This document shows, one piece after another, positions 12,501 through 24,349 of a stretch of DNA of 48,876 nucleotides. The stretch is from Trichoplax sp. H2 (Eukaryota). The stretch's first letter is position 1; each line of letters begins with the position of its first letter. The stretch spans positions 62,001 through 110,876 of the forward strand of contig NOWV01000223.1 in NCBI GenBank assembly GCA_003344405.1, read 5' to 3'. The position numbers and the translations under genes were made by a program. A model generated the notes under the pieces. The model was not told the DNA's origin. It searched no databases and saw only the letters and a program-made list of their open reading frames with translations.

Positions 12501-15500
12501 TTCTTAAATACAGTTACAGCGAAGCTTCCCATTGTAGTTTCATTTGTTGTTATATTTCAGTACTCCGAAGTTCCTTTTGTAACAGCGGATGATACACTCC
12601 GGATATTAGCAAATATTAATGAAGAATTGGCAATCCATCCATACATAACTGTTCAAACAGCAGAGATTTACAGTCAAGGTTTAAATCAACTTATATCTAA
12701 ACTGGTTACAAATGCATCAAATACTGAATTGATTATTAAACTGTCACAGGTAGAATAAGTATTAGAATTTGAGTGTAAATTAATTTACTGCATTTTTAAC
12801 ACAATTGGAATTTGATTTTAAATTACGTATATTTTTCGAATTTCGATCTAAATGAATACCAAATAAGTCCATGATCAAAACGGTAGAATCTGTAAGCCGC
12901 TCGATTTCAGCTGATTCTAACAAGGTCTGTTATTAGCTTAGTTTTCGCTATAATCAATTTGTATCGCTTATATACGTGTATTCTGTAATATCATAAAATT
13001 TGTATTTAATGTGGCAAGGTAAGCCATTCAAACAACTAGTTCCAAAATACAGGATATGTGAATTGTAATTAAATGAATTCTTATTTTTTCAAAAGTACTA
13101 CTCGCAAAAATTTAGAAGCAAATAGACTTTATTACAGGTTTTTATCAGCAATATTCCTACAGCTTGATGATTATGATTTCAAGGACAATCCCTACTGTGA
13201 TAATTTATCTACCTGTAACCCTAGCTTGTCTGCTACCCAAGAATTTTGAGCAACGGTTATTGATCGCATCAATAACACTTATATAAATATACTATTACTG
13301 CTTAGACATATGAATGATAATTTCTAAAGTTTAGGAATTGTATATAATTTTCTGGTAGACACAAGCTCAATAATTTAAGTTTATTATACGAAAAGATCTT
13401 TCCATCTTCAAGGATCATTATATTTTCGAAACTGTCGTAACATAAACTTTTAATATTATTTATTAGCTTTAAATACATGTGGTATAAGATAATCACATAT
13501 CACTCAGATGTTCTTTTGTTATGGTTTTACTCTAATGATGTTATTTATTCATCAATTTGCTTAACAGAAAATTGAAATATCTGTAAATTATACCAAAGTA
13601 TTGGACAAATTTTTCTTACGAGTGGCCGATAATTTGTTCCCAGGCCAAACATTAAACATAACGGACGACGAAGCAGGTAAAATTTTGACAACTACTAGTG
13701 ATTTTAGAAATTATAAGTAAATTAAGTCTAGTAGCGAATATAAGCTCCACTACAATGTCGAAATTTTAATTAAGAGGTTAAGATTTAAATTTAGAATGCA
13801 GCATATGATTACTAATAATGAATGGAGTGATACCTAAAACATTCCATTAACTAAATCTTCATTTGGTAAATATCCGTTTATTAATATGGTTATAATGGCT
13901 AGGAGATACAATTATCAAGGTCCAAAAGCAGCAACTTCCTGCCAATACTTATCATAATTTTACTGCAGTATTCAATATTACATCTCCTAACCAAGACAGA
14001 ATTACGATGCATTTATCTAATATTTTCTATAATCAAAGTTAGTATTGATATTAAAATTCTTTCCCATATTAATTAATTGACTTTATTTCTTAAATCTACG
14101 TTAGGAACTAACTAATTTAGGGATAAATTAATCGTGATTTAATATTCAATATTTTTACTATACTACTTTGTGTAGGTCAGACCGTTAAAATTCTAGCGGG
14201 AATTTATTCCTTTTTACGGGATGAAATCACGCAAGCAGCTACTACGTAAGTTATTTTCTGATATTTGTATATCTGGAAGATTTATTAGAAAATCGACATA
14301 TAATTAAATTTTGAAGAGGCTATCCTATAATTGTAATATGACTGAATACCAGCAATGGTAACAAAGTTTCTTTTATTTTAGCGATAACATCATTTCCAAC
14401 GTAATAACGTGTAAGGTAGATCCAGATCCTCCTGCGGATTCTGGATTAAATTTTCGTTATAGTATCATCAAATCGGAAAATATTTGGCATCAGTTAGTCA
14501 ATGTAAGTGAATTAAATGTGGTTTAAGTTAGTTCGTATTTAAGTTCGTTTAGATATTTCTCAATATGAACGTACATAAATAGCACATTATCATATCACTT
14601 AAGCTACTATTTCTAAAATTAGTTGATTATTATAGCGTAGAAATATTTAAATTAATGCTAAATCAAGTTGTGCAATAACTATATGATTATTATTTTTGAA
14701 TTAAACTAAGCAGGCTAATAATCTGCTTTAAGTCATTCAGTAAAATAATTTACGTTTTGATCCGCCAACTATCCGTATATGAGATCGAAGTAAAATAGTT
14801 AACAAGCAAATTTAATTGGATTAGGGTACGGAATCGCAGGTGCTTAAGTGCGTGTATTTAAATCTGACAACAAGGTATGATTCCTAAATTGATGATTATT
14901 CAAGTATAGCAAATTATCAATATGCTACAAATGATTTTCGAACTAAGTTACCAGCAATTCAGAAATCATTGCCACATGGTTTAAGAATAGTCATTTACAT
15001 ATGCAAAACAGGAATTGGTCTCATTCTGGATGCACTTTAAATTCGAAGATTTCAACACATGCGACGTGCGACTGCAATCACTTAACGCATTTTGCCATCA
15101 TGTTTCAATTCAGTAACGTTAGTAGACATGAACAGATTCCAAAAAGAATTAGGAGATTAAAATTACATTCTAACGGTCATAAATTTAATATGTAATCCAA
15201 TAACTATATAGTAGTTATATTTCTGTCTAATTTGGTCTTTTTATGTCTCCTAGCTCAATGATCTTCAATCGCTATTAGCTCCAATTATAATTATTGAATA
15301 TATTGGTATTGGATTTTCCACGATATGCATTGCTTTAGCTCTTATTGTCTTCGGAGTTCTAAGGTACTAAGCCCATTGGCAGCTATAAAATTATGACATA
15401 CTGTATGCCGAGTTCATAGCTAAAATGGTAGAGTAATGATATGGCATAAATCAGCTTATTTCTTTCTAGTAACTGTTATTATTTAAATTACTAGCTTCTG

Positions 15501-18500
15501 TTACAGTATTATACACTGTAATTTCGAGATTAGAGTAAAAATTTTTATGTTAGGATAATTTTTGTTGGTTTACTCTTATTAAGTGAGTTTCTAATTTAGA
15601 TATGTGGGGTTAAATATAGCACTAGCTTTTACGGCAGTAATATCCGTATGTTATGTAAACACATAGCATACTGAAATTAGTAATTAAACCTAAGGAATCG
15701 AGAATAATCTTCTTACAATTCAAATCACGGTGAATGTAACTTATAATAGATCATCGTGGAAAAAATTCGTGGTATAGCATATTCTAATCTGACTATTTTG
15801 TATTAGTCATTAGATGTCTATGTTCGTAAATACTATTGTCTTCTTTAGGTAGCTGTAGATAAAGTTAGCTTTTGATCCATTAGAAGGTTTCAACGTTAAT
15901 ATTGCTAACCATGATGTCTAGACTATTATAAAAAGTATATAAATGCAGTATATCGTACTGTAAAGGTCGTTCTTAAGATTAGATTTTAACGTCAAATACA
16001 AAGGGTCTAAGTGTTTTTGTAGTCCACTTGTATAGGAAAAGTATCCTGATAGAATTGATATTGCTCTCTGATATATGGTTCAGAAAATCGACTTATTGAT
16101 CGTAAATTACGTTATCTTGCTGCAAAGCTGTTTTGTAACAAATTTTCATAGAGTTCGATTTACTAAATCAAGTAATATGTTGAAATAAAATACCCATAAT
16201 AATAACAATTTCTAACATACTCCTTACGTTAGGCTCAAATCTGATCGATTCATAATTCATCGAAACCTCTTAGTAGCCTTATTCCTATTGCAGTGTACAA
16301 TTATTGCTGGGTCTCAATCAGAAGGAAACAAGGTAATCTGGTTTAAGACATATCTTGTATAAAATTTTATAGTTAATAATACCCTGGTAGAATATGAGGA
16401 CCGTAATTACTGTTTTTAAATAATCTAATCGCCTTTAAAAGTCCAAAATTACAAGTTACTCATTATTAAAACATGTAAATCGCTTATATTTGAATGCCAT
16501 TATAGCCTAGCATATTTAATTATCTACTTATAGACTTTGATTAAATTAATTCTCATTTTTCGGTTAGAAGTATTACAGACCAATATCTTTAGCCTATTAT
16601 ATTTTGATTGCTCATTGTAGAATTTATGCACCGCCATGGCAATTTTGACACATTTCTTTTGTGTAGCAACTTTTTCCTGGATGTTAATCGAAGCTATCCA
16701 TCTGTATTTTCTCATTATCACCGTATTTAAGAAGAGCAGAATTTCAATTTACTACTTCATCGGTTGGGGTATGTTTTACCAACGTACATAATCCTAAACT
16801 CAACCATAGTATTTTGAACATACTTAGCTAAGTTTTCATTGCAGGTTTGCCGATCATTACTGTTGCTGTAACATTAACAGCCAAGTTTGACGGTTATGTA
16901 AACAATAATGGGTCAGCAGTAGCAAAATACTAATATCATTAGCTAATTAACAAAAATTTCATTGTTAAATCTATCATTGAAATTTTACTGACTAGCAAAA
17001 AGCTATAAAATTACATTCAATAACGATCTTTAAGTTTTACGATCATGATAAGGCTATGCTACTTTATAAGTTCTTAATAATAAGTCGGTTGTACTATATA
17101 TTGATTTTATAATAGGGCTTCTAGTTTAAATAAATGCTGGTTAAATACACAAGATGGATTTAAATGGGCAATCATGGGACCTGTTATTTCAATTATTGTC
17201 GTAAGTAATTAACAGTATTAAGAAAGCGTAATACTATATTTTAGAAATTTATGTAGCACATTTACCCGTTTTTAAATTCTTGAAGATAGTAAGCTTAATT
17301 CAGAAAGGGTGTTTAAGGATTAAGAGCAGTATCTCTTAATTCAATTTGTACTATTTTTATATTGTATAGGTTAATGCTGTCGTAATGATTTGTGTAGTCA
17401 AGATAACTGTTTCATCTAGCATTGCAGATGCTTACAAAAGTGATAATCGTAAAGGAAGATTACAGGGAATTAAGTAAGTAGGATAGAAAACCCATTCAAC
17501 AATATAAGTAATTCATTAAATAGATAATAATTAAACTTATTGAATGTTTCATCGATAGATCAATGATCAAGGCTAGTGCAATACTAACGCCTATTCTAGG
17601 TCTAACATGGCTGCTGGCTTTAATTCCGATCACAAGGCAAACCATTGTATTTGCCTATCTCTCCGTCATATTGAATTCTTGCCAGGTATTTATTCATGAA
17701 AGTTACTTTTGCATAAAGTTATGCAATTGGCAATATATGCAAGAAATATACAAGGCCTTCTTAGCCCCCTCTCTCACATTAGCGTAATTTATAAAGTAGA
17801 ATGAATAGCAATTTCTTTATTATGTACACGCTTTCGTATTAGTTGTTCTGTACAATTAAACCTTTGATTGATAACGTAAATTCGATTTAATTTCTATAAC
17901 AGCGTATTTTAAATATTTTTCCATATTAAAATTCTTTCTGATTATTTGCAATATCCATATATTTTTAATTATTATTTGCAGGGCATTACTATCTTCGTAT
18001 TTCATTGTATCTTAAATAGTGAGGTAAGATTAAGATCTTTAACACTGATAAATTATAATGACTCACTTTTAAAAGATCAAGACATAACATATCCCAACTA
18101 GTTGTAAGATATTAAAAGAATGAATTTTGCTTGTGATGACTGTACCCCATAACCAGAGAGTTTAATCAATTATTAAATAGTAATCTTAAATATATTGTCT
18201 CGCAGGTTCGTCTAAAATATACTCTTTTAATATCAAGGCGAAGTGCCATCCACTCTTCCAACAAGGTAGTGTAGAAAAAATGATGATTTATTTTTAGGAC
18301 ATCTAAGATATTAAATACGCGAGTGTAAGCGTAGGGTGCAATTTAATTATTTAATTAAAATTCTTGAGTTTTATTATTGTGATTACTAAGTTCTCTTTGA
18401 AATAAATACGCAGGCTTCCTTATTTATTGATGACAAATCAAACTTAAAAACTGGTAATTCCGATCAGAAAGGTAAGTTAGTACACTTTCTGTTTCATTTT

Positions 18501-18671
18501 TACTAGCATGTTACAATGGATATTTACTGTCATTTTCTTGCTTTCAAGTGTTATAATAATGTTCTATTTAATTAATTTAATTAAACGTGATCAAAAATAA
18601 CGAATGTACTTCATTATTGTGTAGATGGCGATTTGAAAGTAGTGCGAATAACGCCGGTAAGCACTAACTGA
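3545..18671 (+). CDS. Adhesion GPCR (class B2): signal peptide, C-type lectin domain, S/T-rich stalk, GAIN/GPS, 7TM; ~34 exons, ~1230 aa as modelled
   Basis: Phase-compatible GT-AG exons: 3545-3601 (MQIHLKYFLPFVIWIFGIQ), 3779-3800, 6427-6843 (CPDGW...YWLGL...YTNWANDKQP...ECA...W...C...YICEK, CTLD), stalk exons 7200-12486, GAIN exons 12561-14502, GPS 14825-14874 plus 15012-15117 (CVYLN..NWSHSGC..CDCNHL/THFAIMF), TM exons 15254-18023 (IHRNLLVAL; FSWMLIEAIHLY; IGWGLP; CWL; PILGLTW; NSCQGITIFVFHC), tail exons to TGA at 18669-18671. Summed exon length 3693 nt is divisible by 3. The 5' exons and stalk micro-exons are less certain than the CTLD, GPS and 7TM. Confidence 0.9.
6427..6843 (+). other. 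Single phase 1-1 exon encoding the C-type lectin domain of the adhesion GPCR
   Basis: cag|GATCTGAGCCTTGTCCAGATGGTTGG ... TGTGAAAAAG|gtatag; CTLD Cys/Trp pattern with WLGL motif. Confidence 0.9.
9099..9330 (+). repeat. Dispersed repeat family A, copy 1 (intronic)
   Basis: gagtctgcagtcaggtttatcctccttgacatctacctacagtacgactct...actgaactcaaactttactgaaaag aligns by eye with 19020-19250. Confidence 0.65.
9429..9884 (+). repeat. ~250-bp tandem duplication carrying two 39-nt coding micro-exons (9494-9532 and 9744-9782)
   Basis: Both units share catataatatttttgtagct...ACACCACTTCCAACA(G/A)TAATATCAG|gtatagct...catctgcataa; exon offset 250 bp. Confidence 0.85.
11110..11571 (+). repeat. 33-nt (11-aa) coding tandem repeat, ~14 copies, in the large stalk exon 11015-11647
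   Basis: RLSSSTVIENN / RLLPSTVAEND / RLSLDTAIIGN / RLSASTSVIND / RLSSNTGMEDD / RLSLSTEVKNG / RLSSDTATEDD / RLFSSTVVKND / KLSSDITTEDD / RLTSPTATEDD / KLSSSAVIENT. Confidence 0.9.
15931..16141 (+). repeat. Dispersed repeat family B, copy 1 (intronic)
   Basis: agtatataaatgcagtatatc...gacttattgatc...ttacgttatcttg.tgcaaag.tgttttg matches 42811-43022. Confidence 0.75.
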
Positions 18672-19019
18672 AATATGTCACTAGTCAATAGCTTCAACTA
18701 TGTACTGTATATTACGAAAATTATGTAGAAATTTTAACTATGCTTGATAATTATTGCCGTACCTTACTAATTTATATCCATTTATATATAAAAACTATTT
18801 TAAAAACAGCCCAGATGTCAGACTGACTGCGAAGAAGCTTGTATAAATCACGTCAAGTAAAGAATTTTCGTAACTAGCGGAGAAAAATTATATGCTCTTT
18901 ACAGTACTATGAATGAATAAAACTGAATGTATTTTGTTATACAAAATATTGAGGTTGGTCTTGCAAATCTACATTTATAACGTCAGAAAATTTAAATGAT
19001 TGCAGAAAACTAGCTCAAC

Positions 19020-19250
19020 GAGACTGCTGTCAGGCTTATTCTCCCTAATATCTACCTACAGTAAGACTCTAAATACAGGCAATCTCCTATCGTCTATAGT
19101 AATACCACTAGTCACTCGTAGACATGACTGAACCCAAGCCTTACTGAGAAATTGTTCAATTTTCATTTTATATTAAATCAATAAGCATTAGCCATCCATC
19201 TATATATATTATTATAAAATGATGCAATTATCTACTTAAAAAAATGTATA
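19020..19250 (+). repeat. Dispersed repeat family A, copy 2
   Basis: gagactgctgtcaggcttattctccctaatatctacctacagtaagactct...actgaacccaagcctttactgagaa; diverged match to 9099-9330. Confidence 0.65.
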
Positions 19251-20672
19251 ACATGCAGATAACGGAATATTAACCGACGTATATAAGAGAAGTGTTTTTG
19301 TAGGAAAGTCACTTAGTGACAGTTGGCTATTACTTTGCACCTACCAGGTAAATCTGGTAATCCATGCTATTTCCTTGACTGCTATTATCTGCAAGGATTT
19401 AATACATTTGGTAATTCGTTGTGATTATTTATTTCATGTTTATTTGAAAAAACTGTAATCAATAAGAACCTTTTGGATCGATCGGTTTCGCCTTGCAATC
19501 CCTTCAGCTAAATTACTATATAATGCAAAGTGTGTGTGCCTATGTTGCTCAATGTGAATTATAAGTGATAAACCGCATGGGAATTGCCACGATTTGAAAG
19601 GGTGAGCATGAAATAACGTGTTTAAAAATTAGACGCAATTCTTGCAATAATGACACGTCGCTCTATTTGATAGTTATGGCAGGTGAACCTTACCGAATAA
19701 TGTCGGGTAGCTTAGAATATTATGATCGATTTACAAACTGTTTTACCAATAGAGAGTCGTAGCTTACAACAGGAATTACCATTTTAGGCATCATCAAAGC
19801 GTACTACAGCAGTAGAAATTGTCATTCATGCCGCAGTTACTAGTGTACATAACGATTCAATTTGGCGAAAATGTTGAAGGCAAATTATTAATTTGGAGTA
19901 GACTAAATCATTATGATGATTTTAATGATGATACATGGGTCATTCGTAGGTGTACAGTACTTGTTCGTTATTTCCATATCACGGAAATTATTATGCAATT
20001 TAAAATACAGTAATTCTATACGTAGTACATATTCACCAGAGGGTAAAAATTTTACTAGTAATTTATAAATTGCTGGTTCTTGATGGACTATATACCAACA
20101 TACTTGCACGCCTAGATGCCTTTACGTTGTCGATGTATGTGTACCACGAGATTGGTCTAGTTCAGCATAAAACTGCTATCCGAATTCTATCCTGATTACA
20201 AGTATGTACTTCTTACACTCGTCTATCTCACTCAACCCTTGAAAAATCCGGCAAACTTTATCTACTCTGCCAGAGTTGCTCAAATTATATTGATATGTCA
20301 CGACTACTTATACCACAAGTAAATCCATGGATTGCATGCAAGAGGGAGAGAGAGATTTTTAAAAACGTTATTCATTGCAATACAATCATCGATTGTAATC
20401 TTGTTTTGAGTATTGGATCTTTGACGAAGAGTACAGCAGTCCAAATGTATTACAACTTTGAAAGCATCTGGCGAAACTTGAGATCCTGCCTGATTTTTGG
20501 ATGGTTATCCAAGTAACAGTCACTTCGGAGATGAACATTCTAATCAGATTGCAAGGCCTCTATCATCAATGTGCTAGCTAGAAATTCCTATACAGTAAAA
20601 TTACATGGAATCTTATTATCTACGACTAGAGTTTTGCTAGGAAATAGCTCAATAAGAAGGCAAATCCCATCC

Positions 20673-21096
20673 TGTTACGGTGTTATCTCACCATTTGAAT
20701 AGATTTACGTAATGTTAGCTAATATGGTAGAACTGATGATAACTTGATGTTGTTGTTTACTAAATATTGTCGATATATGACCATGTTATGTTAAATGGAT
20801 TGTTTGACAGTATCGGTAATATGTAATAATGATTACTATGACTTAATAGAATAATCTCATACTATCTCTTAGTCGTAATCATGTGTAATGAGGTATCCAA
20901 GTTGTTTTTATTATTGTTATGTTCGATTATCATCGAGCCCTATGAAAGCGAGTGCGCTGCGCAAAAGGCTCTAGTTGTTGTAGTTCTCCAGTTTGTAAGT
21001 CGTCTTTACGTAAAATAAAAGGGCGTTTAAGTCATAAGTTTGCTTAAGGACTTTTATCTTGCGTTTCCTTGCCACAAACAATTCCGGTTTGTGACA
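20673..21096 (+). mobile_element. Solo LTR of an LTR retrotransposon (424 bp), copy 1
   Basis: Ends TGTTAC...GTGACA; flanked by CATCC / CACCC (5-bp TSD with one mismatch); internal TATGAAAG and AATAAA; near-identical to 42218-42628. Confidence 0.85.
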
Positions 21097-21231
21097 CACC
21101 CGATTTCAATTTGGGCCAGTGATTGAGAAAATAGACATGCAAGTTCCATCTATACCAGAGAAATTATTTTCCACACTGATTCGGTCGCCAAAATGTCCGT
21201 CCATCTATAATCCAACCACTGCAACTCACTC

Positions 21232-21724
21232 ACACCGTACAGTGTACAGTGTACAGTACACTGTACAGTACTGTCGTTCCGTATCATCCTGTGTTTTGGT
21301 AACAACCCATTGGATATCATAACAGTACCGTAGTCAAGATGAACTCAGTCTGAGGTGGTACAAAGTCATGATCAAGCAATCATCGCTTAGCACAGCAATC
21401 ATGGCTAACCGGAGTATCAAACTTATAATTACATTTCCTCCAAACAAAAACAAGAGAAACAGACCCAATATCACGAACTTAATACAATACTAGAACCCGC
21501 AAAGATCGTCAGATCCTCAGCCATGATGGACGATCGGACAGACAGACTTAGTAAAACACTCTACAGTGTACAGTACAGTACAATATTCTACTGTACTGTA
21601 CTGTACTGTACGTACAGTATAAAAGCATCAATCTCAGTGGACCTACACATTGCACACTCAATTTGCACAGTGCTCTATTGCGCAACACTACTGTACCGCA
21701 CCGTACCGTTCCGTTCCGTACCCG
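21232..21724. repeat. CAGTA/TACTG (and CCGTA-like) pentamer arrays upstream of the PLEKHB-like gene
   Basis: accgtacagtgtacagtgtacagtacactgtacagtactg (~21235-21273); tacagtgtacagtacagtac...tactgtactgtactgtactgtac (~21562-21618); accgcaccgtaccgttccgttccgta (~21695-21720). Confidence 0.85.
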
Positions 21725-21797
21725 ATTCAACTATTCAATTCGTACCAGCAGTCTGTATTGGCTCATTGGCCACTCGGAAAATTTTCAAGTAGCAAAC

Positions 21798-24349
21798 ATG
21801 TCCTATCCTCAAGTTGCCCGTGAAGGATACCTTCAGCGATTAAGTAAGTCGACAAACATAGAATGAAAATAGTGATTGAAAGCTTGTTTAACTCTTTCTT
21901 GGCTTGCCCTTCCTGATTGTACTGGTAACCACACTTTACAGTACGCGTTATGGCGCTAATAATACTCTAGTCTTGATTAAGTTGAACAATCATCATTGAC
22001 AAGAAAGCGTATCATAGCAATGAGATAATTGCCCCGTTCCAAGGATACCGCAATAATCCATCATCATCATATGCAGTCTACTGTCAATACACAACAAGGA
22101 TACTTTACTCACTTATTTCTGTCGTCTCCTTGAATCAATCAACACCTACGGTATTCATAGAACGACTTTTCAGTCGTGTCAGGATAACATCAACCACGCT
22201 CATCAACGGTCGGTCATACGTCTGTACTTTGCCATCGCGTTAAATAAATAAAAAACGAACCTAAATAAACCATCTTGCTAATTAAAGTATGTCGTATCAT
22301 CAATGCAAAAGGTAGATGTACTGATCCTTCTTTCCAATACGTAGAAATAATGCTACAGAAGTCGTTACAACAGTATTTCTAGACTGTCAAAGAAGATACT
22401 CATTTTTTTTTTCAAGTCGACGCATAGAGGTGAACTGTAAAGCCGTCGAAGAAAAATTACAAGTTCAGTAGTTTACATTAAACCAAAGATGCCAGTGATG
22501 TCACCTGCAGATAGCCTAAATTAACCATCTTTCCATGGGGTTGCTCATAGGAAAATGAAATTAGATTTCATTGAAAACGTTCACACAAATTGCTTCATAC
22601 TCTACAGCTAGATAGACTAATTCAACACGATTAAACTCATCTCTTCCATTATCTTCATTGTACAGCCACGATCCTTAAAAGATGGAAGTCGTCCTATTGC
22701 TACTTATATCATACTGGAGAATTCGTTTATCATGAAAGCCATGGTGGTAACGTTGACGGCCGAATTTACACTAAAAAAGGAGGCTTAGCTGTCTACAGTG
22801 GAATCAGTTATCAATCGTCTCGAAAACCTGAAGGTGTTGATTATTATAGCATGCTTGTTTTTGTCGAAAATAATGGTACAGAAACTTACTTTTTGTGTAA
22901 GGATGCCGAAGACGCCCGGTATGCAATTGCTAATTATTATCTTAAAACCGCCTTTTAATTGTTTCACTGCCTGCAGATAATAGTAAACAAACTGACAGTA
23001 CTAGTTGATAGGATAGTGACTAGCTTGCTAAAATCCTGCACAGTATTCTGTAGGCAGCTCAGTTGGTGTTGATAAGGATAAGCTATTCGTTGTTTTAACT
23101 ATCTCTTATTGATGAACTTTTAGACAGTGGAAAGCTGCTCTAGATTATCAGTTAGGAAATGGTACCATGGTAAGTTAAGTTCTGCCCGCAATATTAGATA
23201 ATAAACATGACATGGTCTTGCCGGTGTGACTTAAGCACTCTAAGTGACTTTGATAAAAAATCATGTTCACGTTGTGTTAAAGTATGAAGAATAGAACTAT
23301 AACAAGTCATACTAAGTTACTAAAAATGATTACCAAATACATAATGGTAATCGATAATTTTGATATAAAATAGTAGATGCTTAGGCAAGATTTGCCACAG
23401 TAGTCAGTGTTTCACCTGTTGTTCAACGCCCAAATTGGTAATGTCATGTAAATTCATACAGTATCAAAATGCTGATATTCCTTTTATCAATCCTTCAGCC
23501 TCAACCTGGCACTGCCTATCCTGGCGCAGCGCCACCACCTGCTGTTGGAAGTGGACCTGCACCACCTGGTTTTACAGCTGGAGTTCCTCCTCGTGAGTAT
23601 TTCTGCTTTATATTAAAATATAATCTTAATATGGCTATTCCATGTCAACATGGAATTCTTGTAGATCATTTGAGCGATACAAATCGATTTGTGTTATTTC
23701 AAGTCGTTATATTGTAAGCTGGGAATAGTACAGTTTAAGCAAATTACACAATTATTCTGTAAGACAAGATAGATTTAAGGTCACTGAGAAGCCAAGGAAA
23801 TCGTCGACTTATACATGATAGACTAAATTAAAAACATTCCATTATTTTGTCCTTGCAGCATATCCAGGACAGCAGCCATCAACTACTTATCCATCACAAC
23901 CACCAAGTGCTTATCCAAAACAACCACCAAGTGCTTATCCAACACAACCACAAACCGCTTATCCAACACAACCACCGGCGACTTATCCGGCTGCTGGACA
24001 GCCACCTGTAGTAGGAGCCCAATACCCGTCTTATCCTGCTACTCAAGTACAATATCCAGGTGTAACTCCAACAAATGTTGCTTCAACCACGACAGTTCAC
24101 GTACATGCTGGCTATCCTCGTCGCCATGGACATTCAAGTGTGGGTGGCTTTGGCGTTGGTCTAGCTTTAGGTGCTGGACTCGGCTTAGCCGCTGATAATC
24201 ATTTCCATCACCATCATCATCATGGTTTTGGACATCATCATTTCGATCATCACCATGACTTTGGGCATGACCACTTTGAACATCATGACTTTGGGCATCA
24301 TGACTTTGAACATCATGATTTTGACTGTCATGATAGCCATTTTGATTAG
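21798..24349 (+). CDS. PLEKHB2: Evectin/PLEKHB-like PH-domain protein with Pro/Tyr-rich linker, Gly-rich hydrophobic segment and His-rich C-terminus (5 exons, ~309 aa)
   Basis: Exons 21798-21843, 22666-22918, 23124-23169, 23499-23592, 23859-24349 (930 nt). N-terminus VAREGYLQRLTTILKRWKSSYCYLYHTGEFVYHE resembles evectin-2 VKSGWLLRQSTILKRWKKNWFDLWSDGHLIYY; PH C-terminal helix DAEDARQWKAAL; GVGLALGAGLGLAA segment. The symbol denotes family likeness, not proven 1:1 orthology. Confidence 0.85.
23888..23989 (+). repeat. 24-nt (8-aa) coding repeat YPxQPPxA, 4 copies plus a partial
   Basis: YPSQPPSA YPKQPPSA YPTQPQTA YPTQPPAT YP. Confidence 0.85.

Noticed and set aside
13775..13865. Extra GAIN-region exon ending TTTG|gtaaat
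   Set aside because: The best frame contains an in-frame TAA and no phase-compatible acceptor was found; flanking exons join in frame without it, though a missed or mutated exon cannot be excluded.
19900..20600. Possible degraded gene or transposon ORF
   Set aside because: Multiple stops in the frames I translated and no recognisable motif.
21119..21792. Several short ORFs upstream of PLEKHB
   Set aside because: Also products of the pentamer repeats; no recognisable protein signal.
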